Shown here piece after piece: positions 9,556 to 17,852 of a DNA stretch of 64,000 nucleotides. The number at the start of each line of letters is the position of its first letter. Position 1 is the first letter of the stretch. Below the pieces are notes generated by a model, which worked only from the letters and a program-made list of their open reading frames with translations, had not been told where the DNA came from and ran no database searches. Origin of the DNA: an uncultured Gemmatimonadaceae bacterium. Its GTDB lineage: Bacteria > Gemmatimonadota > Gemmatimonadetes > Gemmatimonadales > Gemmatimonadaceae. Where the stretch lies: contig CAWJMB010000002.1 of the NCBI GenBank assembly GCA_963843845.1, forward strand, positions 672,001 through 736,000, given 5' to 3'. The position numbers and the translations under genes are program-made.

Positions 9556-11457
9556 ATGTCCGCTCTTTCGATCGCCGACGCTGATCATCCAGTGTCCGAA
9601 GCTGCACCCGACGCCGACGGCTTCGCCGCGCTCGGCCTCCGCGCCGAGCTCCTCACCGCGCTCAGCACGCTCGGCTACGAGGAGCCGACGCCGATCCAGC
9701 GGGCGGCGATTCCCGTGCTGCTCGAAGGGCGTGACGTGCTCGGCCTCGCCGCGACCGGGACCGGGAAGACGGCGGCGTTCGCGCTGCCGCTGCTCGGTCG
9801 GATCGCGGACGCGCGCAACCGCGACGGGTCGCCGGCCGCCCTCATCCTCGTCCCGACGCGCGAGCTCGCGATGCAGGTCGCCGAGGCGGTGCACAAGTAC
9901 GGACGGACGCTCGGCGTGCGGGTGCTCGCGATCTACGGCGGGGCGCCGATGGGGCGGCAGCTCGGGGCGCTCGAGCGCGGCGTCGACGTCGTCGTCGCGA
10001 CCCCCGGCCGCGCCCTCGACCACATCGGTCGAGGAAGCCTGCGGCTGGACAGCGTCGCGATCGTCGTGCTCGACGAGGCCGACGAGATGCTCGACATGGG
10101 GTTCGAGGAGGAGCTGCGCGCCATCCTCGAGGCAACGCCCACCGAGCGGCAGACGGCACTCTTCTCGGCGACCATGGCGCCGCAGGTCGTGCGGATCGCG
10201 AACGCGCATCTGCGCGAGCCGGTGCGCGTCGAGATCGCACGCGAGCCGATGGCCGCGGGAACGGTGCCGAAGGTGCGGCAGACGGCGTACGTCGTGCCGC
10301 GCGCCCACAAGCTCGCGACGCTCGGCCGCGTGCTCGACCTCGAGGCGCCGACGAGCGCGATCGTGTTCTGCCGCACGCGGACCGAGGTCGACGAACTCAC
10401 CGAATCGCTCGCCGGTCGCGGGTGGAGCGCCGAGGCGCTGCACGGCGGGATGGGGCAGGAGGCGCGCGACCGCGTGATGCGCCGATTCCGCGCGGGGCAG
10501 CTCGAGCTGCTCGTCGCGACCGACGTCGCGGCGCGCGGACTCGACGTCGAGCATGTGTCGCACGTGGTCAACTACGACGTGCCGAGTGCGTCGGAAGGGT
10601 ACGTGCACCGCATCGGACGGACGGGGCGCGCCGGCCGCGAGGGCGTCGCCGTGACGATCGCCGAGCCGCGCGAGCACCGACTGCTGCGCAACATCGAGCG
10701 GCTGACCGGGCAGCGGATCGAGATGGCGTCGGTGCCGTCGGTGGCGGACCTGCGCGCGCGGCGGCTCGATCTGACACGGGCGGCCGTGCTCGACGCGCTG
10801 ACCGCGGCACAGAGCGATCCCGAGTCGCTCGACCGCTTCCGCGGGATCGTCGAGACGCTCGGCCGCGACTTCGATCTCATGGACCTGGCGGCGGCAGCGG
10901 TGCAGGTGGCGCACGAGGCGACGGCCGGCGACGGGGCAGAGGACGAGGTCGAGATCCCGACGGTGACGATCGGTGAGTTCCGCGGGCGCGGCGCTCCGCC
11001 GGCGCGCGGCGGGCGCTACGGGCGCTTCGAGGGTCGGCCGCACGAGCGGGGTGAGTATCGCGATCGCGCCGAGCGGGATCCCGCCGACCCGCGACCCGAG
11101 CGTGGGGCGCGTTCGGAGCGGCCGGAGCGGCCGGAGCGGCCGGAGCGAGGTGGCGGGCGTGCCGAGCGGGGCGATCGCGGCGAGCGGGGCGACCGGGGTG
11201 GACGGAGCGATCAGTGGGTCACGACGCGCGTCTACGTCGGCGCGGGACGGAAGGCTGGTGTGCGGCCGGCCGACCTCGTCGGAGCGATCGCGAACGAGGC
11301 GGGGCTGCAGTCACGCTCGATCGGGGCGATCGAGATCACCGATCGCTTCTCGCTCGTCGAGATTCCCGAGACGATGGTCGACAGCGTCGTCGACGCGTTG
11401 CGCGGCACGACGATCAAGGGGAAGCGCGTCGTCGTACGGCGGGACCGCGATCGTTAG
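9556..11457 (+). CDS. deaD: DEAD-box RNA helicase with C-terminal DbpA-type RNA-binding domain (DeaD/CsdA-like)
   Basis: Q motif PTPIQ, TGTGKT, PTRELA, DEAD, SAT, ARGLD, HRIGRTGRAG; C-terminal RPADLVGAIANE. Confidence 0.9.
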   Translation: MSALSIADADHPVSEAAPDADGFAALGLRAELLTALSTLGYEEPTPIQRAAIPVLLEGRDVLGLAATGTGKTAAFALPLLGRIADARNRDGSPAALILVPTRELAMQVAEAVHKYGRTLGVRVLAIYGGAPMGRQLGALERGVDVVVATPGRALDHIGRGSLRLDSVAIVVLDEADEMLDMGFEEELRAILEATPTERQTALFSATMAPQVVRIANAHLREPVRVEIAREPMAAGTVPKVRQTAYVVPRAHKLATLGRVLDLEAPTSAIVFCRTRTEVDELTESLAGRGWSAEALHGGMGQEARDRVMRRFRAGQLELLVATDVAARGLDVEHVSHVVNYDVPSASEGYVHRIGRTGRAGREGVAVTIAEPREHRLLRNIERLTGQRIEMASVPSVADLRARRLDLTRAAVLDALTAAQSDPESLDRFRGIVETLGRDFDLMDLAAAAVQVAHEATAGDGAEDEVEIPTVTIGEFRGRGAPPARGGRYGRFEGRPHERGEYRDRAERDPADPRPERGARSERPERPERPERGGGRAERGDRGERGDRGGRSDQWVTTRVYVGAGRKAGVRPADLVGAIANEAGLQSRSIGAIEITDRFSLVEIPETMVDSVVDALRGTTIKGKRVVVRRDRDR

Positions 11458-11463
11458 TCTGAC

Positions 11464-11997
11464 TTGCCCGGTGCGCATGGCATCTTCGTGCTCGCGCCGG
11501 TCGGCGGCGCGGTCGGAGCGCGGATTCGCGCCGTGCAGGAGCGGTTCGATCCGAAGCTCGCGCGCGAGTCGCCGCCGCACGTGACGCTGGCCGGCTCGTC
11601 GGGTGTCGGCCCGATCGTGCCGGAGACGTCGGTCGACCAGCTCCGCGCCGCGCTCGCGCCGATCGCGGCGACGACGGCGCCGCTCGCGCTGCCGTTCGCG
11701 CTGCCGCACCGCTTCATGAGCACGAACATCGTCGTGCTGCCGCTCGACCCGCACGGCGTCGTGCGGCGGCTACACGACCGCATCGCGCAGAGCGGGCTGA
11801 GGTTCGCGCGGGCGAAGTTCACCTTCACACCGCATGCGACGCTCAGCTTCTATCCGACGCTGTCCCGTGACGCGGTACGGTCGCTGCTCGCCATGCGCTT
11901 CGATGAGCCGGCGGTCCTCGACCGCCTCGTGCTGTCGTACACGCGCTGGCCGCAGCCCGCGGTGACGATGCTGGATCTGCCGCTCAGCGGCGCCTGA
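11464..11997 (+). CDS. 2H phosphoesterase / 2'-5' RNA ligase family protein
   Basis: Two HxT motifs (PHVTL, PHATL); starts 6 bp after the helicase stop. Confidence 0.8.
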   Translation: MPGAHGIFVLAPVGGAVGARIRAVQERFDPKLARESPPHVTLAGSSGVGPIVPETSVDQLRAALAPIAATTAPLALPFALPHRFMSTNIVVLPLDPHGVVRRLHDRIAQSGLRFARAKFTFTPHATLSFYPTLSRDAVRSLLAMRFDEPAVLDRLVLSYTRWPQPAVTMLDLPLSGA

Positions 11998-12093
11998 CGC
12001 GAGCGCCTGACGTCATCGCCTGACGTCATCGCCTGACGTCATCGCCTGACGCGAGTGGCTGACGCGAGTGGCTGACGCGAGCGCCTGACGTGT
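11990..12093. repeat. 13-bp tandem repeat, 8 units with core CTGACG
   Basis: Units gcgcctgacgcga, gcgcctgacgtca, tcgcctgacgtca x2, tcgcctgacgcga, gtggctgacgcga x2, gcgcctgacgtgt. Confidence 0.9.
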
Positions 12094-12109
12094 CGGCGCG
12101 CGGTGTCGA

Positions 12110-12616
12110 TCAGCCCGCGGTGCTCGGACGCAGGCGCCGGTACGCGTCGGTCGCGTGCCGGAGTTGCAACAGGGCCGACGCCTCGAGGTCGTAGTCGATC
12201 GTGAGTTCGCCGAGTCGCTCGGTCGAGTGCTTGCCGTCACCGAGGTTGCGGCCGGCGCGGGTGGTCGTGCGTACGCGGCTCGCGAACTCGCGGCTCGCCA
12301 TCCACATCGCATTGGCGGCCTGCCAACAGGCGGCGTCGCTGTCGGCACACTCGCGCGTCGCCGACGTCTCGTAGATCGCGGCCATCTCGATCAGCGCTTC
12401 GTCGCTGATGACGACGAGCGACCGCGCGGCGCGAATCTCCACGCTCAGCCCCCCTTCGCGGACGAGGCGCGCGTGGCGCTCGTGCAGCCGGATGCATTCG
12501 ATCGCGCACCGGCACAGGGCGTCCGCACGCTGACGGAACGCGACGACGTCGCGGGCGTCGGCAGGCGCGGAAGGCGGATCGAGGGTGCCGGTCGCGGCAG
12601 GAGTCGACTTCGACAT
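12110..12616 (-). CDS. Hypothetical alpha-helical protein
   Basis: Protein-like ORF starting MSKSTPAA with typical codon bias; family not recognised. Confidence 0.65.
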   Translation of the reverse strand: MSKSTPAATGTLDPPSAPADARDVVAFRQRADALCRCAIECIRLHERHARLVREGGLSVEIRAARSLVVISDEALIEMAAIYETSATRECADSDAACWQAANAMWMASREFASRVRTTTRAGRNLGDGKHSTERLGELTIDYDLEASALLQLRHATDAYRRLRPSTAG

Positions 12617-12734
12617 GGTACGACGGTGCGGCGTGGACGCGCTGGCGCAGCGCGCGAGGTGGGAGCGGACGCCGGCGTGGAGACGACGAGCGTGAAGTAT
12701 AGGCAACCCGGGAGATGGGACGTAGTGTTGTTCC

Positions 12735-13523
12735 ATGTCCCCCACGTCCCCTCAGGCGCACGCCCACCTACGCGTCGAGACGTCGGCGGCGGGGGTCCGC
12801 ACGATCGTGCTCGACCGCCCCGATCGGCTGAACGCGGTCAACCCGGCGCTCGCGTCGTCGTTTCCCGCGGCGATCGACGAGGCGGCGGCGGACGACGCGG
12901 TGCGCGTGGTCGTGGTGACCGGCGCCGGGCGTGCGTTCTGCGCGGGGCTCGATCTGCGCGACCCGGCCATGCTCGGCGCGCGCACGCTCGGCGAGCGGCT
13001 CGATCCGCTCGCGTGGGTGGGGCGCTGGGTGCTCGCGGTGCGCCGCTGTGAGAAGCCGGTCGTCGCGGCAATCAACGGCGCCGCCGTCGGCGCCGGATTC
13101 GGGCTCGCACTCGCCTGCGATCTTCGCGTGCTCGCCGACTCGGCCACGCTGGCGGCGGGGTACGTGCGGCGAGGGCTGAGCCCGGACGCCGGGGTGACCT
13201 ACTTCCTGCCGCGACTCATCGGGGCGGCGCGGGCGGCGGATGTCATTCTCACGGGGCGCGACGTCGACGCCGCGGAGGCCGAGCGGATCGGGCTGGCGAC
13301 GGCGGTGGTGCCGGCCGACGCGTTAGGCCGCTACGTCGCGGAGTACGCGGACCGACTCGCGGGCGCGTCGGCGACGGCGGTGGCGCTCACGAAACGGTTG
13401 CTCGGCGAAGGGCTGGATGCTCCGCTCGAGACCCAGCTGAAGGCCGAACTCGTCGCCATCAAGCAGTGCTTCGCGACGGCGGAGGTGCAGGAAGCGATCG
13501 CGGATTTCGGTCGGCGGCGCTGA
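12735..13523 (+). CDS. Enoyl-CoA hydratase/isomerase family protein
   Basis: DRPDRLNA, FCAGLDL, AINGAAVGAG, PDAG motifs. Confidence 0.9.
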   Translation: MSPTSPQAHAHLRVETSAAGVRTIVLDRPDRLNAVNPALASSFPAAIDEAAADDAVRVVVVTGAGRAFCAGLDLRDPAMLGARTLGERLDPLAWVGRWVLAVRRCEKPVVAAINGAAVGAGFGLALACDLRVLADSATLAAGYVRRGLSPDAGVTYFLPRLIGAARAADVILTGRDVDAAEAERIGLATAVVPADALGRYVAEYADRLAGASATAVALTKRLLGEGLDAPLETQLKAELVAIKQCFATAEVQEAIADFGRRR

Positions 13524-13580
13524 CGGGCTGCCGAACGGGGCGGGGCTCACTACTGCGGCGAGTCCCGCCGTTCTACGAGC

Positions 13581-14795
13581 TCACAGCTCGGCCCGACGTG
13601 GCGTTCGCCGTACGAGCGATTCCGGCAGCGCGTCGAGCAATGGGTTGAGCTCACCCGCCCGCTCCAGCGACGTCACGAACGTCAATCCAGGCCGCGCCAC
13701 GACGAGCATCCCGGACACGCCGAACAGCACGACCGTTCCGCCCTCGGCGTGCACGACGCACGACGACGAGTCGACGACGTGCGCGGGGCCCCAGACGCCG
13801 TTGCCGGTATCGTCGAGCTCCCGGATGCGGCGCAGCGACCCCCACGTGCCCACGTCGTCCCAGCCGAAATCGCCGGGGAGGACGAGAACCGCGCTGCTGC
13901 GCTCGAGGAGGCCGCGCTCGATCGAGACGCTCTGGATCAGCCCCGCGAAGCGATCGAGCTTGCCGGCGGCGAGCGCGGCGAGCCCCGGCTGCAGCTCGGT
14001 CGTGTGCTCGGCGAGTGCGTCGAGCAGCGTGCCGGCCTGCGAGACGAGGATGCCGGTGTGCCAGTACGCTCCGTCGTCGATCAGGTCCTGTGCGAGCAGC
14101 GGACCGGGCTTCTCGATGAAGCGCTCGGCGTGGCGAGGTGCCGTGCGGCTGTCACCCGTGTCGAGCGCGTCGCCGTCGAGCAAGTCGCCGGGCGTCAGAT
14201 AGCCGAAGCCCGTCTCCGGACGCGTCGGCTCGGCGCCGATCGCGACGACCGCATGGTGCCGTTGCGCCAGCCCTGCGGCGCGCTTCAGCAGCCGGCGCAG
14301 CTCGTCGGGGTAGCCGACGGCGAGGTCGGCGTGCAGCGCGACGAACACCGTGTCTCGTCCGACGCGGCGCGCGATCTCGTGCGCGCCCCAGGCGAGCGCT
14401 GCCGCGGTCCCCATCGGGCGCGGCTCGACGAGCATGTTCTCGTCGGGGACCTCGGGGATCGCGGCGCGCAGCGCGTCGGCGATGTCGGCGCTCGTCAGCA
14501 CGAGCACCCGGTTCGCCGGGACCGTCGGCGCGAGGCGGGCGACCGTCTCCGCGATGAGCGGCCGCTCGCCGACGAGCGCGAGGAGCTGCTTCGGGCGTTC
14601 GGGGGTCGAGAGCGGCCAGAAGCGCGAGCCGATGCCGCCGGCGAGCACGATCGCCCACAGCGACAGGCCGGTCTGCAGCGTATCGTCCGGCTCCGGCTGC
14701 TCGCCCGGCAGCGTCCCCACGCCGTGCAGGTCGAGCGTCGTCTCGCCGACGATCCCGCCGAACGGGGAAAGAGGATCGGGTGTGGGTGAGACCAT
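13581..14795 (-). CDS. Mannose-1-phosphate guanylyltransferase-like nucleotidyltransferase
   Basis: LAGGIGSRFWPLS, PKQ, ETGFGY, FIEKP, WDDVGTW. Confidence 0.85.
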   Translation of the reverse strand: MVSPTPDPLSPFGGIVGETTLDLHGVGTLPGEQPEPDDTLQTGLSLWAIVLAGGIGSRFWPLSTPERPKQLLALVGERPLIAETVARLAPTVPANRVLVLTSADIADALRAAIPEVPDENMLVEPRPMGTAAALAWGAHEIARRVGRDTVFVALHADLAVGYPDELRRLLKRAAGLAQRHHAVVAIGAEPTRPETGFGYLTPGDLLDGDALDTGDSRTAPRHAERFIEKPGPLLAQDLIDDGAYWHTGILVSQAGTLLDALAEHTTELQPGLAALAAGKLDRFAGLIQSVSIERGLLERSSAVLVLPGDFGWDDVGTWGSLRRIRELDDTGNGVWGPAHVVDSSSCVVHAEGGTVVLFGVSGMLVVARPGLTFVTSLERAGELNPLLDALPESLVRRTPRRAEL

Positions 14796-14926
14796 GTCGG
14801 AGGGACGAGTCGCGAGGAAGCGGGGGCGACCGGGGACGGAGCGAGAACAATAACCCTGGCGCTGGGTGTACTACACCTGCACCATTTCACGACAGTCGTT
14901 CGCCAGCCTTCCCGAGGTCGCCGGTC

Positions 14927-16126
14927 ATGCGCGTTCCGCTCCGCGTACACGTTCACGTGTGCGACATCTCCCGGTCGTTCGCTCGCGTCGCGCTGCTGAC
15001 CCTGCTCGCCCTGCCGGTCCTCGCCGTCACGGCGCGCCTCGCGCGCGCGCAGTCGCCCGGCGACTCGATCGTCCCGGTCACCGGCTTCGTGCGCGGCGCC
15101 GACGGCCTCGGCATCGCGAACGCCGAGGTCTCGATCACGCCGAAATCGACACCCGGAGCGCCGATCACGCTCGGACGTCGCATCTTCACCGACGACTCGG
15201 GGAGCTTCAAGCTCACCGGCGTGCCGAGCGGCGCGGCGACGATCGTCGTGCGTCGCATCGGGTACACGCCGATCACGCTCGAGACGCCGCTGCCGCCGCC
15301 GGTGCCGCTCGCGTTCCAGCTGCAGGCGACGGCGCAGACGCTCCGCGCGGTCGTCGTCGAGGAGCGCAGGCGGGTCTACGAGGGGTGGCTCGCCGACTTC
15401 AACCGCCGGCGCGACATGGGCTTCGGGCGGTACATCACGCGGAGCCAGATCGACGCGCGCAACGCCACGCGGGCGAGCGATCTCGTTCGCATGATTCCCG
15501 GCGTGCAGGTCTCGAACAGCATGCGAGGGACCTCGCTGTCGATCCGCGGCAGCCGCTGCCAGCCGCTGATGTGGATCGACGGCTCGCCGGCCTATGCGGG
15601 ACCGGTCGACATCGACGTGTTCCAGCCGAACTCGCTCGACGGCATCGAGATCTACAGCGGGCCGGCGACGGTCCCCGTCGAGCTGCGCGGGCCGCGCGGC
15701 GAGGAGCGGTGCGGCGTCATCGCGATCTGGTCGCGGATGCCGGAGCGGCGGCCGAAACAGAGCAAGCGGAAGCCGGTCACGGCCGACGAGCTGAACAAGC
15801 TGATCGCGTCGGCGACGGTCTATACCGCGGAGCAGGTCGACCGGGCGGTGCAGGTCGACTCTGGCGTGCCGGTCGAGCCGTTCTATCCGGACTCCATGAA
15901 GGCGACGCGCACGCCGGGGTCGGCGATCGTCGAGTTCGTCGTCGACCCCGAGGGGCGTGTCGAGACGGAGACCGTGAGCGTCGTCGTCGCGTCGCACCCG
16001 CAGTTCGGGCGTGCGGCGCGCGACGCGGTCTGGTCGGCGCGATTCGTTCCCGCGGTCCTCGGCGGGCGGCCGGTGCGGCAGGTGGTGCAGCTGCCGATCG
16101 AGTTCAAGCTCGCCGTTCGGAAATAA
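14927..16126 (+). CDS. Secreted protein: carboxypeptidase-regulatory-like domain + TonB-receptor plug-like domain + TonB C-terminal domain
   Basis: TDDSGSF/RRIGY; ITRSQID...DLVRMIPGV...PLMWIDG...GIEIYSG...GVIAIWS; FYP...VEFVVDPEGRV...RFVPA...GRPV...LPIEF. Confidence 0.75.
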   Translation: MRVPLRVHVHVCDISRSFARVALLTLLALPVLAVTARLARAQSPGDSIVPVTGFVRGADGLGIANAEVSITPKSTPGAPITLGRRIFTDDSGSFKLTGVPSGAATIVVRRIGYTPITLETPLPPPVPLAFQLQATAQTLRAVVVEERRRVYEGWLADFNRRRDMGFGRYITRSQIDARNATRASDLVRMIPGVQVSNSMRGTSLSIRGSRCQPLMWIDGSPAYAGPVDIDVFQPNSLDGIEIYSGPATVPVELRGPRGEERCGVIAIWSRMPERRPKQSKRKPVTADELNKLIASATVYTAEQVDRAVQVDSGVPVEPFYPDSMKATRTPGSAIVEFVVDPEGRVETETVSVVVASHPQFGRAARDAVWSARFVPAVLGGRPVRQVVQLPIEFKLAVRK

Positions 16127-16250
16127 CGGGCGTTCCTCCGGGCGCGCGCGGTGCACCGTCGCTCGCTGGCATGAGCGTTGCCCGTCGCCTGCACGGCGCT
16201 CGCTCGCGCAGCGGTGAGCCAGCGCCTACGCACAGTGGCCGGAGTGGACG

Positions 16251-16469
16251 ATGCCGATGGAGCAGGGCACGCCGCGTGAGGACGGTGCGGCGGGGAACGA
16301 CTCGCCGGGCGCGATCGAGACGTCGCTCGCCGCATCGCTCGCGCGGGTCGACGGGGTCCCGAGCGAGCAGCTGTGGCGCGCGGCGATCTTCGCGGCCCGC
16401 CAGGCGGCCGTGTCGGCAGCCGAGCTGCGCCAGGCGTTCGAGGCGACCCGCCCGGCGACCGGGGTCTGA
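16251..16469 (+). CDS. Small hypothetical protein
   Basis: 72-aa ORF with GGAG upstream; no recognisable motif. Confidence 0.35.
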   Translation: MPMEQGTPREDGAAGNDSPGAIETSLAASLARVDGVPSEQLWRAAIFAARQAAVSAAELRQAFEATRPATGV

Positions 16470-16561
16470 CGACGGCCGACCGAGCGACCCACGGGAGGAC
16501 CGACGGGAGAGGGGCTCGCCGGGTCTCGCGGAGCGCCGCGGCGCTGCCGCCTATCCCCCGC

Positions 16562-17077
16562 TCACATCGCCTTGCGGATCGCGGCGTCGATGTCCTGATC
16601 GGCACCCTGGCCGGTGTACACGACCTTGCCGGCCTTGTCGAGCACCAGGACGTAGGACGTCGCGGGCACGTCGTAGGCGCCGGTGGCCGCGCCGGACTTG
16701 TCGAACAGCACCACACCAGGGGTACGGTGCTTCGCGACGTGCGCCTTCACGCGCGCCGGCGACTGGTTCACCGAGACCGCGACGGTGACGAACTGCACGC
16801 GGCCGGCGTACTTGCGCGCGGCGGCGTCGATCTTCGGCTGCAGCTCGCGGCAGCTCGGGCACCACGTCGCCCAGAACTCCACGAGCACCGGCCCCTTGCC
16901 GACGTACTGCGCGAGGTCGGCGGGCCTGCCGTCGAGCGTCTGGACGGCGGCGGCCGGCGCCCGCGTGCCGACCTCGAGGCCGACGTCCTGCGCCGCGAGG
17001 GTGCGCGGAGCGGCAGCGAGTGACGTGACGCCGAACGACGTGACGGCGAACAGAGCGGTAGCGACGAGTCGGCGCAT
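16562..17077 (-). CDS. TlpA/ResA-family thiol-disulfide oxidoreductase
   Basis: Signal peptide; VEFWATWCPSC; YDVPATSY. Confidence 0.88.
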   Translation of the reverse strand: MRRLVATALFAVTSFGVTSLAAAPRTLAAQDVGLEVGTRAPAAAVQTLDGRPADLAQYVGKGPVLVEFWATWCPSCRELQPKIDAAARKYAGRVQFVTVAVSVNQSPARVKAHVAKHRTPGVVLFDKSGAATGAYDVPATSYVLVLDKAGKVVYTGQGADQDIDAAIRKAM

Positions 17078-17103
17078 CGAGACGCGAGTCGGGGAGCGAG
17101 GGA

Positions 17104-17841
17104 TCAGAACCAGACGGTTCCGGCTTGCAGGATGTAGTACTCCGCAGCGCCGAACATGGCGACGGCGAAGATACGTTTGATCCACACCATCCAGATCCCT
17201 GCGCGCGGCAGTCTCGCCACCGCACCGCTCGACAGCCCGACGGCGACCAGCAGCGAGCACATCCCGAGCGAGAAGGCGAACAGATACAGGAAGCCGAGCC
17301 CCGCGCTGCGCGTCGACGCGACCCAGGTGAGGACCGCGGCCATGACCGGCGCCGAGCACGGCGCGGCGACGAGCCCGGACATGGCGCCCATGACGAACGC
17401 GCCGACGAGGCGCCCGCCGGTTCCCGCCGTCGCCGCGCGCTGCATGAGCGCGGCGGGAAAGCGGATGGGGATCACGTCGAGCATGGAGAGCGCCGCGATC
17501 AGCAGCACGTTGCCCATCGCGAGCAGCGCCCAGGGGTTCGTGCTGATCGAGCCGAACAGCGTGCCCGACAACCCCGCGAACAGTCCGAGCGCCGAGTAGA
17601 CGAGCGCGACGCCGAGGACGTAGACGAGCGTGAGGATGATGGGGCGGGCGCGCGCCGTTCCGGCGACCGCCGTGCCACTCGCCCCCGGCGCACCCATGGT
17701 GTGCCCGCCGACGATCGCCGCCGTGATCGGGATCATCGGGTAGACGCACGGCGTCAGGCTGGTGAGCACGCCGGCGCCGAACAGGACCGGGAGTGCGGTG
17801 AGGGGGCTCGCGGAGAGCTGGGCGGAGAGGCCGGGTTCCAT
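17104..17841 (-). CDS. ccdA: Cytochrome c biogenesis protein CcdA (DsbD transmembrane domain)
   Basis: SLTPCVYPMIP and APCSAP cysteine motifs; multiple TM helices. Confidence 0.88.
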   Translation of the reverse strand: MEPGLSAQLSASPLTALPVLFGAGVLTSLTPCVYPMIPITAAIVGGHTMGAPGASGTAVAGTARARPIILTLVYVLGVALVYSALGLFAGLSGTLFGSISTNPWALLAMGNVLLIAALSMLDVIPIRFPAALMQRAATAGTGGRLVGAFVMGAMSGLVAAPCSAPVMAAVLTWVASTRSAGLGFLYLFAFSLGMCSLLVAVGLSSGAVARLPRAGIWMVWIKRIFAVAMFGAAEYYILQAGTVWF

Positions 17842-17852
17842 GCCGGCCAAGT

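Noticed and set aside
11116..11147. GAGCGGCCG repeats in the helicase and ACCACG repeats in the beta-barrel gene (about 21068-21110)
   Set aside because: Ordinary low-complexity protein linkers (ERP repeats, poly-Thr).
11990..12093. Tandem repeats (also 45022 and 49580) as CRISPR arrays
   Set aside because: Units are 9-13 bp with no unique spacers, and there are no cas genes.
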